In this document: positions 41,726 to 53,073 of the stretch, one piece after another
How the letters are laid out: every line of letters starts with the position of its first letter
Position numbering within the stretch: the stretch's first letter is position 1
NCBI GenBank assembly: GCA_963788395.1
Contig: CAWBGV010000022.1
Span: 1 to 58,389, forward strand
Direction: 5' to 3'
DNA: 58,389 nucleotides
DNA from: Candidatus Doudnabacteria bacterium
Lineage (GTDB): Bacteria > Patescibacteriota > Doudnabacteria > UBA920
Notes under the pieces: generated by a model
Seen by the model: only the letters and a program-made list of their open reading frames with translations
What the model was told of the DNA's origin: nothing
The model's database searches: none
Translations under genes and position numbers: made by a program

Positions 41726-41792
41726 AGCGCCGGGACGGGTATAATACCCAAATTGTTTTGCCGCAATGCGAAATTCTTAGTATAATAAAGAC

Positions 41793-42629
41793 ATGGATAT
41801 TTCCTGGAAGACTTATGGCCACGCGGCAGTAAAAAATATTCTGGCCAAGCAACTAGCGGCTGGCCAGTTAGCGCACGCTTATTTATTCTTGGGTCCTTCG
41901 GGAATAGGAAAAAGCCTGTTGGCTCGCGAATTAGCTCAAAGGATTCTGCAAACTGCTGATTTGCAGCATCATCTGGATTTTTTGCCTCTCAGCGGCGAGG
42001 GGGAAATTACGATGGAAACTGTCCAGGATTTTATGGCCCAGGTGCGCTTTAAGCCGCTGCGCGCTTCGCACCGTGTCGCGTTTATGGATCGGGCGCACCG
42101 GCTGAATACCCAAAGCAGTAACGCGCTGCTGAAGACTTTGGAAGAACCGAGTCCGGCTACTATCCTGATACTGAGTGCCGACCAGCCGTTGTTGCCGACT
42201 ATTATGTCGCGCTGCCAAGTTTTACACTTCAGTAAATTTTCGGTCAATCAATTACGAAGTTTTGCGGCCGAGCAGAACCTTTCCGTTTCGGAGGATCTTT
42301 TGGCTCTGAGCCGGGGTTCGCCGGGCCGGCTGCTTGGCCTCGCGCAGGATTCGGCAGTGGCGCGGGTAGAGCAGGACCAGTTGCAAAACTATCGGCAACT
42401 AAAGCAAACCAGCCGGGCCGGCCGCTTACTGGCCATTGCCGGGTTGGCCGAACAGGAACCGGAAGATTTACGCGAATTGTTTCAGAACTGGCAAGCCTAC
42501 GAAGCTCTGCAGCTGCGCGGCCAGCCGCGAGGCTATCTGTGTCTCCAGGCGCTGGCTCAGGCGCTGCAGGATTTGCAAACCAATAAAAACAAAAAATTAA
42601 TTCTGCAAGGTCTTTTGTTACGTATTTAA
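41793..42629 (+). CDS. holB: DNA polymerase III subunit delta'
   Basis: HAYLFLGPSGIGKS, NALLKTLEEP, LPTIMSRC. Confidence 0.9.
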   Translation: MDISWKTYGHAAVKNILAKQLAAGQLAHAYLFLGPSGIGKSLLARELAQRILQTADLQHHLDFLPLSGEGEITMETVQDFMAQVRFKPLRASHRVAFMDRAHRLNTQSSNALLKTLEEPSPATILILSADQPLLPTIMSRCQVLHFSKFSVNQLRSFAAEQNLSVSEDLLALSRGSPGRLLGLAQDSAVARVEQDQLQNYRQLKQTSRAGRLLAIAGLAEQEPEDLRELFQNWQAYEALQLRGQPRGYLCLQALAQALQDLQTNKNKKLILQGLLLRI

Positions 42630-42641
42630 CCTTCATGACCC

Positions 42642-43700
42642 ATGAAAAAAACAATTCTGGTTTTGGCAACCGTCCTGCTCTCGGCTTCCTGCAGTCTTTC
42701 CCAAGCTGCCGTGTATGGAGGTATTGCCAAAAGCGTCAATGGAGGTGTGGATTGGCAGTTTAGTAACGCCTTAATTAATCCGCCGAATAGCAGCTTAAAT
42801 GTGCTCAATGTTTCCAAACTGGCATTTGATCCATCTAATAACCAAACGGTCTTTGCGGCCGGTTATAACGGCGGTTTGTATAAGTCTACTGATTCTGCGG
42901 CGCATTGGGGTCAAATCCTGTCGAACATTTTAGTCTATGACTTTGCGGTTGATCCGGCCAATTCCAATATTATTTACGCGGCCGGCTTCTATAATTCGCA
43001 GGGGAAAGTGGTAAAGACCACCGACGGCGGCGCAACCTGGCAGGATGTCTATAACGAAGCCAGCGCTAACAATCTGGTGCGATCTATTGCTATAAATCCG
43101 GCCAACGTTAATCAGTTGGTGATTGGGACAGCTTTGGGAACTATTGTGGAAAGTTCCGACGCCGGCACCACCTGGCAGCTGCTGAAAGATTTTAATAACC
43201 AAGTCAACCGCGTGTTATGGCAGAGTGGCAATATATACGTGCTGTTGGCTAATCAGGGTTTGCAAATGAGCAGCGATGGCGGCGCAACCTTCCAAAATAT
43301 TGCCCAAGCGATTACCCGAGGTACTTATATAAGTGATGTGTTTAATACCAACAAGACCACCGTGGCAACATTTCATCAGGTCTATGTAGATTTAATCGAC
43401 CCAAATTTAATCTATCTGACGACTTCCGGCGGCGTGGTCAAAACCGTTGACGGCGGCAAAACCTGGACGTTTGTAACTTTACCGGTTAAACCGGGCGCCA
43501 GCGACCCGCACGCGATTGCGATTTCCAACGAGAGCAGTAATATAGTTGTGACCTCGGTGGACGCTACGGTATATCGCAGTACAAACGGGGGTTCTAGCTG
43601 GCAAACCCAAAAGGTTGCCACAAATGGATATATCAACTATATTTTAATAGACCCGCAGCTGCCCCAAATTATGTACGCGGGAGTTTTTAACCAGCAATAG
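42642..43700 (+). CDS. lipoprotein with BNR/Asp-box repeats (YCF48/VPS10-like beta-propeller)
   Basis: Lipobox LSASC; repeated S/T-x-D-G-G-x-T-W motifs. Confidence 0.85.
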   Translation: MKKTILVLATVLLSASCSLSQAAVYGGIAKSVNGGVDWQFSNALINPPNSSLNVLNVSKLAFDPSNNQTVFAAGYNGGLYKSTDSAAHWGQILSNILVYDFAVDPANSNIIYAAGFYNSQGKVVKTTDGGATWQDVYNEASANNLVRSIAINPANVNQLVIGTALGTIVESSDAGTTWQLLKDFNNQVNRVLWQSGNIYVLLANQGLQMSSDGGATFQNIAQAITRGTYISDVFNTNKTTVATFHQVYVDLIDPNLIYLTTSGGVVKTVDGGKTWTFVTLPVKPGASDPHAIAISNESSNIVVTSVDATVYRSTNGGSSWQTQKVATNGYINYILIDPQLPQIMYAGVFNQQ

Positions 43701-43730
43701 CTCCCATAGGACCTATTGGATATATATTCT

Positions 43731-44288
43731 ATGATTGACCAAATTATCAATTCTCACAAAGAAGATTTTGCTAAAGTGATGGATCACTTTAAGTTTGAAC
43801 TTGGCAGTGTGCGAACCGGGCGCGCCAACCCCGCTCTGCTGGCGACGGTTCAAGTGGAATCGTATGGCGCGAAAATGCCGCTGGAGCACGTAGCTTCGGT
43901 CACCGTCAGTGACGCTAAAACTTTGACGATTAGCCCTTGGGACAAAGGCCAGTTGCAGGCTATTGAAAAGGGGATTCAAATGGCTAACCTGGGTTTTAAT
44001 CCTTCCAACGACGGGAATGTTATCCGTATCACTTTACCCGCACTGAACGAGGAGCGCCGCAAAGAAATGGTTAAGTTGTTGGGCCAAATTGCTGAGAAAG
44101 CTAAAATTGGCATCAGAAATGTCCGCGAAGATGTTATAAAGGAAATGAAGCGGGCGGAAGGCGACGGAAAAATTTCGAAAGATGATTTAACCCACGGGCA
44201 ACGGAAGTTGCAGGAATCTATAGATAAATATAATGAGGAGATTAAGGGCATGGCGGATGCTAAGGAAAAAGACGTAATGACGGTATAA
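43731..44288 (+). CDS. frr: ribosome recycling factor
   Basis: RTGRANP, YGAKMPL, NPSNDG, LNEERRKE, IRNVRED. Confidence 0.97.
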   Translation: MIDQIINSHKEDFAKVMDHFKFELGSVRTGRANPALLATVQVESYGAKMPLEHVASVTVSDAKTLTISPWDKGQLQAIEKGIQMANLGFNPSNDGNVIRITLPALNEERRKEMVKLLGQIAEKAKIGIRNVREDVIKEMKRAEGDGKISKDDLTHGQRKLQESIDKYNEEIKGMADAKEKDVMTV

Positions 44289-44440
44289 AATATCAAATCC
44301 CAAAAAAACAAGCACCAAATAAATTTCAAATAACAATAATCAAGGCAGGTTTGATATTTTACTTTTTTTGAAAATTGCGATTTATTTGATGTTTTGAATT
44401 TTGTTTACTGTGATTTTAAACTGTATTTTTAAGAATCAAA
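44289..44440. repeat. A-rich/T-rich imperfect inverted intergenic element resembling the four-helix-bundle flanks without a gene
   Basis: CAAATAAATTTCAAA ... GATTTATTTGATGTTTTG. Confidence 0.65.
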
Positions 44441-45575
44441 ATGTTCATAACTATTATCACATTTATAATCCTCCTCGCCGTCCTCGTCTTCGTTCATGAA
44501 TTCGGGCATTTTTGGGTGGGCAAGCGGGCGGGAATGAAAATTGAAGAATTTGGATTTGGTTTTCCGCCGCGCATTGCCGGCATTCAAAAAATCAACGCTA
44601 AATGGAAATGGGTCTGGGGGAATAAAAATCCGGCGGCTGATGGCGGGACGACTGATCCAAATAGCACGCTCTACTCCATTAACTGGATTCCTCTGGGCGG
44701 CTTTGTCCGCATCGTCGGCGAAAACAATGAGCACGAGAACGACCCCCGCAGTTTTATCAACCAGCCGTTTTGGGCGCGGTTTTGGACCTTGGTGGCGGGA
44801 GTATTAATGAACGTGCTGTTGGCGTTTATCTTAATCACCGTCGGTTTTGTGATTGGTTCACCCACGGCCGTAGATAGTCTGAGCAGTGTGCCCGCGCAGG
44901 CCCGTTTTACCGATCCGCATTTGATGGTCTTGGAAGTAGTGCCGGACCAGCCGGCGGCCAAAGCCGGAGTTGAGGAAAACGATACCATAGTTTCGATTGA
45001 CGGCCGCCAGTTTACCAACAGTGACGATGCCAGCAATTATATCCGTTCAAATGCCGGCAAGCAGTTTAATTTTGTTTTGGACCGCGGTGGTCAAGATTTA
45101 GATGTCAAAGTTAATTCGTTGGCCAACCCGGGTCCGCCAGGGCCCCACCGGCATTGGCTTGGCCCTTTTGGGAAATCTTTCGTTTCCCTGGTACTCGGCA
45201 ATTTGGGAAGGCCTAAAAACAACCGGCTATCAGTTAGAGGGAATTTTTGTGGGGCTGTGGCAATTATTCACTACGCGTCAGGGGATCGAGAGTATTAGCG
45301 GTCCGGTAAAAATCGCGCAATTAACGGGCCAGGTGGAACGCTTAGGCTTTAATTATTTATTGGAGTTTGCAGCGGTTATTTCTTTGAATCTAGCGGTACT
45401 GAATATTTTACCCTTCCCGGCGCTCGACGGCGGCCGCATCCTGTTCTTGTTGATTGAGAAAATCCGCCGCAAACGCAATAATCAGAACGTAGAGCAATGG
45501 TTTAACACCGTTGGATTTGTGCTCTTACTGTTGTTGATGGTGGTCGTGACAATTAAAGATATTTTTTATAGATAG
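44441..45575 (+). CDS. rseP: RIP metalloprotease RseP (M50, PDZ); frameshift near 45130
   Basis: VHEFGH, PLGGFV, AGVLMN, PDZ domain, NILPFPALDGGR. Confidence 0.93.
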
Positions 45576-45578
45576 CCT

Positions 45579-46823
45579 ATGAAGCAATTAAATTATTTTT
45601 TAAAGACCAGTAAAACCAAACCCGCGGAAGATGTTTCGATTAATGCACTTTTGCTGGAGCAGGCCGGTTTTGTCCAAAAAGTTATGGCTGGCGTGTATTC
45701 GTATTTACCTTTGGGCTGGCGCGTGCTTTCTAAAATCGAAGCCATCGTGCGTGAAGAAATGAATAACGCCGGGGGCCAGGAAGTGTTTATGCCCTCACTG
45801 CAACCCAAAGAAAATTGGGTCACCACCGGCCGCTGGAGCGGTTTAGATATTTTGTTTAAATTAAAATCTCAGCATGGCTACGAATACGCGCTCGGCCCGA
45901 CGCACGAAGAAATCGTCACGCCTTTGGCGTTGTCGGTAATCAGCTCCTATAAAGATCTGCCGATTGCCGTCTACCAACTCCAAACTAAATTCCGCGATGA
46001 AGCCCGGGCCAAGTCCGGCCTATTGCGCGGCCGCGAATTTCGCATGAAAGATCTGTACAGTTTTCATGCGACTTCCGAGGATTTAGCCAAGTACTATGAG
46101 ACCGTTATGGTCCCGGCCTATCAAAATACTTTCAAGCGTTTGGGTCTTGACGCGATTTATACCGAAGCCTCCGGTGGCACCTTCAGCAAATTTTCTCACG
46201 AATTCCAGGTTGAAATTGAAAATGGCGAAGACACTATTTACATTTGTAAAAAATGCGGCTTGGCCAAAAATAAAGAAATCTTTGAACCTAACATGACTTG
46301 TACTCAGTGCGGCGGTTCTGAATTCAGAGAAGCTAAAGCCTCGGAAGTCGGTAATATTTTTAAGCTGGAAACAAAATATTCTGCCGCTTTTAACCTTAAT
46401 TACACTGACCAAGAAGGCAAACAACAGCCAGTAATTATGGGGTGTTACGGAATCGGCACGACCCGGCTGATGGGTGTGATTGTTGAAAAATTTCATGATG
46501 ATAAAGGCATTATCTGGCCTCAAGCGGTTGCCCCTTTTCAGGTGCATCTTTTAGCCTTAAATATCGAAAAATCAGAAATTAGACAGGCGGCTGAAGGAGT
46601 TTACAATGATTTGCTTGCGGCGGGCGTGGAAGTCCTGTATGATGACAGAGAAGCCAGCGCCGGCGCCAAATTTGCCGACAGTGACTTAATCGGCATCCCG
46701 TTTCGGTTGGTCATCTCGGGAAAAACACTGGAGCAGGGGAGCGTGGAAGTTAAGAAAAGAAGCGAGACAGAATCAAAACTAGTTAAGGCGGACGAATTAG
46801 CCAGTTACTTAAAACAAAATTAA
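45579..46823 (+). CDS. proS: prolyl-tRNA synthetase (short form)
   Basis: GPTHEE, KFRDEARAKSGLLRGREF, GCYGIGTTR, anticodon-binding domain. Confidence 0.97.
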   Translation: MKQLNYFLKTSKTKPAEDVSINALLLEQAGFVQKVMAGVYSYLPLGWRVLSKIEAIVREEMNNAGGQEVFMPSLQPKENWVTTGRWSGLDILFKLKSQHGYEYALGPTHEEIVTPLALSVISSYKDLPIAVYQLQTKFRDEARAKSGLLRGREFRMKDLYSFHATSEDLAKYYETVMVPAYQNTFKRLGLDAIYTEASGGTFSKFSHEFQVEIENGEDTIYICKKCGLAKNKEIFEPNMTCTQCGGSEFREAKASEVGNIFKLETKYSAAFNLNYTDQEGKQQPVIMGCYGIGTTRLMGVIVEKFHDDKGIIWPQAVAPFQVHLLALNIEKSEIRQAAEGVYNDLLAAGVEVLYDDREASAGAKFADSDLIGIPFRLVISGKTLEQGSVEVKKRSETESKLVKADELASYLKQN

Positions 46824-46985
46824 TTTCAAATTTCAAAAAATATAAATCGACACTGCTTGCTGTGATTCCTCCTCGCAATGACAGAGGTAAATGCCGGTCG
46901 TATATATGTCAAACCAATTCCAACCAGCCAATTCCTAAGTTTTGACATCATTTGAAATTTGGAATTGGTTGTTTGGAATTTTTTC
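46824..46985. repeat. intergenic imperfect inverted repeat (TTTCAAA/TTTGAAA) with a CTCGCAATGAC REP-like motif
   Basis: AATTTCAAATTTCAAA ... CCAATTCC ... TTTGAAATTTGGAATTGG. Confidence 0.6.
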
Positions 46986-48038
46986 ATGTTTCGACAACGT
47001 CTATCGCAGATTTTCCAAAGACATTGGTATAGATTTAGGTACCGCCAACACCCTTGTGTACGTTAAAGGCAAGGGGATTGTTATTAATGAACCGTCGGTC
47101 GTGGCGGTTAACCAGCGGACCAAGCAAATTTTAGCTATCGGCAACGAAGCCCGGCGCATGGTCGGGCGCACGCCGCCCCACATCGTCGCCACCCGTCCCT
47201 TGGTGGACGGCGTCATTTCGGATTTTGAAGTTACCGAACAAATGCTGCGTTATTTTATAGACAAAGTCCACGTCCAAACCTATACCTTTCTTCGCCGACC
47301 GCGCGTAGTTATTGGCATTCCCTCCGGAGTCACCGAAGTCGAAAAGCGCGCCGTTCAGGACGCGGCGATGAACGCCGGCGCCAGCCAGGCTTACTTAATC
47401 GAGGAGCCTATGGCGGCCGCTATTGGCGCTCGCTTGACGTCCAAGATGCTGCCGGATCGATGATTGTAGATATTGGCGGCGGCACCGCGGAGATCGCCGT
47501 CATTTCTTTGGGCGGCATAGTTGTTTCCCGGAGCATCCGCGTAGCCGGCGATGAGATGAACGAAAATATTATCCAGTACGCCAGAGAAAATTTTAATTTA
47601 TTAATCGGCGAGCGCACGGCTGAAGACGTTAAAATCCGCGTTGGCAGCGCCTTTGCCTTAGAAGAACCCCTCTACGCCCAAATGCGCGGCCGCGATTTAG
47701 TCACCGGCTTACCTAAAGAAGTCACCATTTCCGACACCCAAGTCCGGGAAGCTTTAATGCATAGCCTCAGGATCATCGTCAACAATATTAAAAATGTGGT
47801 GGAAGAAATCCCTCCCGAAATAATTTCCGATATTATGCACCGCGGGATTGTATTGGCCGGCGGCGGAGCTTTGTTGCGCAATTTAGATAAGCTCGTTCAC
47901 CAATCAACCCAAATGCCAATCATGATCGCCGAAGACCCCTTAACCTGCGTGGTTCGCGGTACCGGCGTAGTCGTGGAAGATTTAGAGATGCTAAAAGAAG
48001 TATTGGTCCTTACAGAGTTTGGAAGAATTCCCAGATAA
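46986..48038 (+). CDS. mreB: rod shape-determining actin-like protein MreB (two single-base indels)
   Basis: [41 protein letters not shown]. Confidence 0.97.
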
Positions 48039-48085
48039 TATAGTACGAATAATACGAATTCGATTCGCGCCATTCGTATTATATT
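48039..48085. repeat. TACGAAT/ATTCGTA short palindromic repeat
   Basis: TACGAATAATACGAATTCGATTCGCGCCATTCGTA; same motif family as the 27685/33945 repeats. Confidence 0.7.
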
Positions 48086-48881
48086 ATGCGCTTTATCTAT
48101 ACTAAAACGTTTGCAGCACTGGCGGCCGCGATAGTCATTGTGGCGCTTTTGGCAATTTTACAAATTAAAGGTTTGTTGTCGCCGGTGCGCACCGCTTTTT
48201 CGGAAGTACCGCGACCGGCCATATCTTTTGTCAGAAGTTTAAGCACTCCAGTGGTTGGTTTTTTTCCACTATTTACCGCCTGCATCAGATTACGCAGGAA
48301 AACGCGGTTTTAAGCACTCAAATTTTACAGCTTCAGCAGCAGTTAGCCGATTTTAATCAGTCGGAAACTGAAAACGAGGCCTTGCGCAATGAACTGGGGT
48401 TTGTGACCTCGAGCCAGCTTAATTTACAGCCCTGTTCAGTCCTGGCCGAAAATCCGGAAAATGTCAGTGACACGCTGGTCTTAGATTGCGGCACTTCCCA
48501 AGGCGTTGCCGTGGGGCAGGCGCTCATCTCGCAAGGATATTTAGTCGGAAAAATCATCAGCGTTCCGGCGGCAGCAGTACCGCGCTTTTGATTACCGATT
48601 CTAATTTTTTAGCCGACGCGCTGATTAGCCAAACTTCGGCCACCGGCATTATTCGCGGTTCGTTCGGCAGCGGCCTGATTCTGGATCGTTTGTCCCAGGA
48701 CGACGAAGTTCAAAAAGGCTGGCTGGTCGTGACGGCCGGAATTAACCAGCAAATTCCCAAGAACATTCTGATTGGCCAAGTCGGCGATATTATCTCCAAC
48801 CCCAACAGTTTATTCAAACAAGCCACGGTCATTAGTCCAATCGATTTTTCCAATTTGCAATTCACTTTTGTGGTTAAATGA
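48086..48881 (+). CDS. mreC: rod shape-determining protein MreC (frameshifted)
   Basis: TM, ENEALRNEL coiled coil, LDCGTSQGV, LVGKI, VVTAG, IGQV, FKQATV. Confidence 0.9.
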
Positions 48882-49410
48882 AATATCTTATTTACACCAT
48901 CGCTATTATTTTACTCGTGGCCGTAAATTACGGATTGTTTCCGCTGCTGCGGATCGGGGGCGCCATACCCAACTTGTTGTTCTTGTTCGTTGTCCTGTAT
49001 GCGCTCCAGCGGAATAACGAGCACGTGATTTTTATCGCCCTGGTTTCGGGTCTGTTCGTGGATTTTTACAATGGCCTGCTGGTTGGTGGTTACACCCTGG
49101 CGTTTGTCTTGCTGGGCTACATTCTGTATCAATTTATTCACGAAGTTGCCGTTTATGAACTGGATTGGAAGTACACATTTTTAATTGTAGCCTTAAGTTT
49201 TTTGGCCAGCAAATTGTGGCGGTACTTTATAACCTGCTGGCGCTGCGCTTGGGCTGGGTGGGGTGGGGCTTGGAGTTCGACCTGGTGCGCCGCCATTTTT
49301 TTGCGGAGCTGGTTTATAACCTGATTCTCTTATATCCGGTGTCGCTCGTCGTCCGGGGGCTGGATGCCTTCAATAATAATCTGGAGCGGCGCAAGAGTTA
49401 TGTACCGTAA
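48878..49410 (+). CDS. mreD: rod shape-determining protein MreD (frameshifted)
   Basis: Polytopic membrane protein, IPNLLFL, GLFVDF; position between mreC and mrdA. Confidence 0.88.
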
Positions 49411-49424
49411 CCTCAGGAGTTATT

Positions 49425-51382
49425 ATGAAAAATCCTTTCGAGGTCTATACTTCGTATACAGATAAAAAACATAAACGCGGCTTGGAGTGGGAAGAGTCGG
49501 CTTTGGATAGCCAAAGCTACGTGGAAGGGTTTGCCGGCGATGATCGCGAGCACCGCCAACCCCTGGTCTTGTGGCTGGTGCTGGCCGTGTGTTTTGTGGC
49601 GCTCACCGCTAAAATTTTTAATTTACAGATAGTTAACGGCGCTTCATTCCGGGCCTTATCTGACAATAACCGCATCCGCAGTATTACGGTCTTGGCGCCC
49701 CGCGGGCTGATTTTGGACCGCAACAGCCAAGTCTTAGTCCAAAATACCGCCAGTTATAATTTAGTCGCCGTGCCTCTGGATTTACCTAAGAGCGGCCTGG
49801 ACGCCGAACTGACCGAATTAGCGGCGGACTTTTCCTTAGACAAAAATAGTTTAGCTGCTCAGTTACAAACGCTTGATCGCTCTTCGTTCCAGCCGGTCGT
49901 GCTGCAGCAGGGCTTAACCCAGCAGCAAAGTATTCTCTTTGAAACGAAAGCCGGAGATTTTGCCGGTTTTGATATTCAAAGCGTGCCGATTGGGCGGTAT
50001 CCTGACCCGCAGGCGTTTTCCAACATCCTCGGCTATACCGGTTTAGTTTCGCCGGGGGATTTAGCCGGTTTAGATGCCAGCAAATACGATCCCAATGATT
50101 TTATCGGGAAAGCCGGTATTGAAGAGCAGTACGAGCAGTACCTCCACGGCCAAAATGGCGCCAACGAAGTTGAAGTGGATGCCTCCGGTCACCTGCTCAG
50201 TACTATCGGTCAAGACGAACCGACGCCCGGCGACCAGTTGGTCTTGAATATTGATCAGGGTCTGCAGGATCGGCTGTATCACGATTTAGCCGATAATAAT
50301 CCTAATCGTAAAGCCGCGGCGGTCGCGATTGATCCCCGCAACGGGCAAGTATTGGCCCTCGTGAGCATACCGGGCTATGACGATAACATGTTCGCTCAGG
50401 GAATCACCCAGCAGCAGTACAATACATTGTTAAATGATCCGCGTCTGCCGCTGTTTGACCGGGCCATTGCCGGCACCTATCCTCCGGGCTCGACTTCTAA
50501 ACTCATGACTGCCACGGCCGGCTTGCAGGACGGGGTGATTACGCCGGAAACTTTGGTAGACGATACCGGAGACCTGATTGTGCCGAATCAATTCGGCGGC
50601 CCCAGCTATCAATTTCATGGCTGGAAACCGGGCGGTTTAGGCGAAATGAATGTCCGCAGCGCTATTGCTTTAAGCAGTGATATTTTTTTCTATGAGGTGG
50701 CGGGCGGTTCGCCGAATGGATCCATGCCGGGCTTGGGTCCGGATCGTTTGGCCGCTTACTTCCGTAAATTCGGCCTGGGCAAACCGCTGGGGATTGACCT
50801 GCCGGGAGAAGCTTCCGGTTTAGTGCCGGGCCAGGGCCTGGAAGATGCAGTACTACAACAACGACCCGCTGCTGGGGAAATGGTATTTGGGCGACACCTA
50901 CCACATGGGGATTGGCCAGGGCGATTTGTTGGTCACTCCGCTGCAGGTGGCTGAATGGACGGCAATAGTCGCCAACGGCGGCACCGGATATGTGCCGGAA
51001 ATCGCCAATCGGGTAATTGATCCCGGCGGATGAAACGGTGTTCCAAATCCAGCCCAAAGTCTTGGTTTCGAATATCGCTTCTTCCCAAAATATTCAAATC
51101 GTTCAGCAGGGGATGCGCCAGACAGTCACGGCCGGAACTGCTACGCCGCTTAAAAGTTTGCCTATCACTTCCGCCGGCAAAACTGGTACTTCACAATTTG
51201 ACGGCAGTGATCCCACTAAAACACACGCCTGGTTTACTGCCTATGCCCCTTACGAAGATCCTCGAATAGTAAGTACAGTGTTGGTGGAAGCCGGTGGAGA
51301 AGGTAATGTGATTTCAGAACCGGTGGTTAAAGACGCTTTGGCCTGGTGGGCCAAAAATCGTTATGACAAAGGAGAAGAATAG
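49425..51382 (+). CDS. mrdA: penicillin-binding protein 2 (two frameshifts)
   Basis: APRGLILDR, GKAGIE, YPPGSTSK (SxxK), SSDIFFY, GIGQG, GKTGTSQ, HAWF. Confidence 0.95.
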
Positions 51383-51489
51383 AGGCTTTAACTTTAACTA
51401 TAACAATAATGTTTTTTATCTGATATACTGTATATAAGCCTTGTTTTAGTTATTGTGATAATTATTGTTATAGTTCCTCCCTGTCCCTA

Positions 51490-51655
51490 TAGGCGCTCAA
51501 ATCATCGATGGCCGAAAAATCGCCGGAGATATATTCCCGAAAAGGTCAAAAGCCAGGTAGCACAATTAGACTTCCAACCTTTGTTTTGTGACGTACTGGT
51601 AGGGGATAACCCGTAGCAGCCCAGTCTGTTCGGATGAAAGAAAATTGGGCTCACG
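51490..51655 (+). pseudogene. folD: N-terminal ~55 codons of FolD, cut at the junction
   Basis: QIIDGRKIAG..KVKSQVAQLDFQPLFCDVLVGDNP..SVRMKE.. is the FolD N-terminus; no continuation after ~51655. Confidence 0.75.
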
Positions 51656-52715
51656 CATCCCTGATAATCGGGCGTTCTCCACAATTCGCCAGCCTCGGCA
51701 ATCTCCATCAACCGCTGGGTCTGATTCTTGGCTTCCTTCTTGTTGTTGACGACGGGTGCGGCACCCTTGGCAGCAATGTCCTTTGCGAGTTGTTCCACGG
51801 CTGGCGAAACGCCCAAGAATAAAACTCATCTCGATCCAAAGCCTTGGCGATCACCTGACCTCGGTAGTCATCCCAATCCCATTTGTCCCGATACAGCCCC
51901 GACTGCCGAAACATTTCATCCAGCAGGTCTTCATTGGAGCCGACGTAGAAGGCCAGCATCGACGCCAGGGCAAGGTCGGCTTCACTTTGGCTGTTGTAAT
52001 CACCCTCCCAATCGCCCTTCCAGAGCTTGGTGAACTTGCCGCCATTTCTCGCTGCCATCGCCCTTTCAAGGATGGTTTCCATCGAGGGCGAAGCGGATTG
52101 TGGGGGCTGAGCTTGCGGCTTGCGGTCTTCTTCCTCACCGAATACCTGCTCGTACAGCCGCTCCAATTCAACCTGCCGTGGCTCTATGGTCGTCGGCGTT
52201 CCGTCCAAATGCCAGCCGGTAACGGTCAAATATCTTGGGCTGTTGCAGTCGTAGATTTCGATGTCGCCCTTGCGGCGATTGCTCCCCTTGGGTTGTGGCT
52301 GCCCTTTGCAGAAAATTCGGATGCCAGTTCCACTCGGAGAAATCTCCGTGTAGCTGCCCAGCAGGTCGATGATCTTCGTTGCCCATTCAGCGATTTCACC
52401 CGTTCCAGCATCTCGGCAGCCGTCAAGATCAACGCCGATCAGGTCATCCCGAAGGATGAATCCCAAACCGTGGCTGCCGCCGTCGTCAACAAAATCTTGG
52501 TAGAACGTGCAAGCCGTGCCAAAATCTGCCCAGGTAGTCGGCTCCGTCGTGCTGGCATTCGTGCCGGTCATTGGGCAGATGGGGATTTTCGTGAACGGCT
52601 TCTTCGGTGGCTTGCCGTTGGTCTGTTCAACTTTCTTCAACAGCCAGCATACCCACTGGTTGCGTGTCTTCAATTCGTTCGGAATACAATCATAACGTGG
52701 TCGTAGTACATTCAT
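51656..52715 (-). CDS. NrS-1-type primase-polymerase with helix-bundle domain, C-terminally truncated
   Basis: IPNELK.RNQWVCW, GVDLDGC, YTEISPSGTGIRIF, EIYD..RYLTVTG, SQSEADLAL..LAFY, MFRQSGLYRDKW. Continues after a frameshift (..QRLMEIAEAGELWRTPD) up to the junction. Confidence 0.85.
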
Positions 52716-52866
52716 TTGTCCCTCGATTGTTAGTCTTGATGGTCAATGGCGTCCTGCCTCAGTCCCTGGTATTACCGGGCTGGGAACCACCCTGCAACCA
52801 GCAAGGTGGCCCCGCCCAGACAACCGAGGGACTAACTCGTTGTTTCTTATCCTGGCAGCAGCCTCA

Positions 52867-53073
52867 TCAGAGTATCTCCCAAGCGGCAATGTTTTCCTCG
52901 GCAAGGGTATCCAGCGATGCGTCCGGGTTTCTTTGGGCCAGTCGTCGCAACGTAGAGATGTTGTCAGCATCCTGCCACAGAATCATACCGCCAGCTTTCC
53001 TCGATTTGTCCAACTTGCGTAAGGCCGCCTTGCAGGCCGCCCATGTCGGTTCTTCTCTCATTTCAGTTTTCAT
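52867..53073 (-). CDS. small hypothetical protein
   Basis: 68-aa ORF overlapping the stop of the HTH gene. Confidence 0.55.
   Translation of the reverse strand: MKTEMREEPTWAACKAALRKLDKSRKAGGMILWQDADNISTLRRLAQRNPDASLDTLAEENIAAWEIL

Noticed and set aside
46022-47700. CGCGGCCGCGA palindromes in proS and mreB as element insertions
   Set aside because: They encode conserved RGRE/RGRD motifs with preferred codons and lack the extended flanks.
34353-51382. Programmed frameshifting or pseudogenisation of gatA/gatB/mreB/mreC/mrdA
   Set aside because: Too many essential genes affected, no slippery heptamer/stimulator pattern; sequencing error is more parsimonious.
51490-51660. Site-specific prophage integration into folD
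   Set aside because: No integrase or att duplication, and the element's own replication gene is truncated at the same point; a chimera is more likely.
51756-52706. 316-aa plus-strand ORF (and similar long antisense ORFs at 54400-55332, 56126-56845, 26355-27086)
   Set aside because: Antisense shadows of well-supported genes on the opposite strand, with no motifs of their own.
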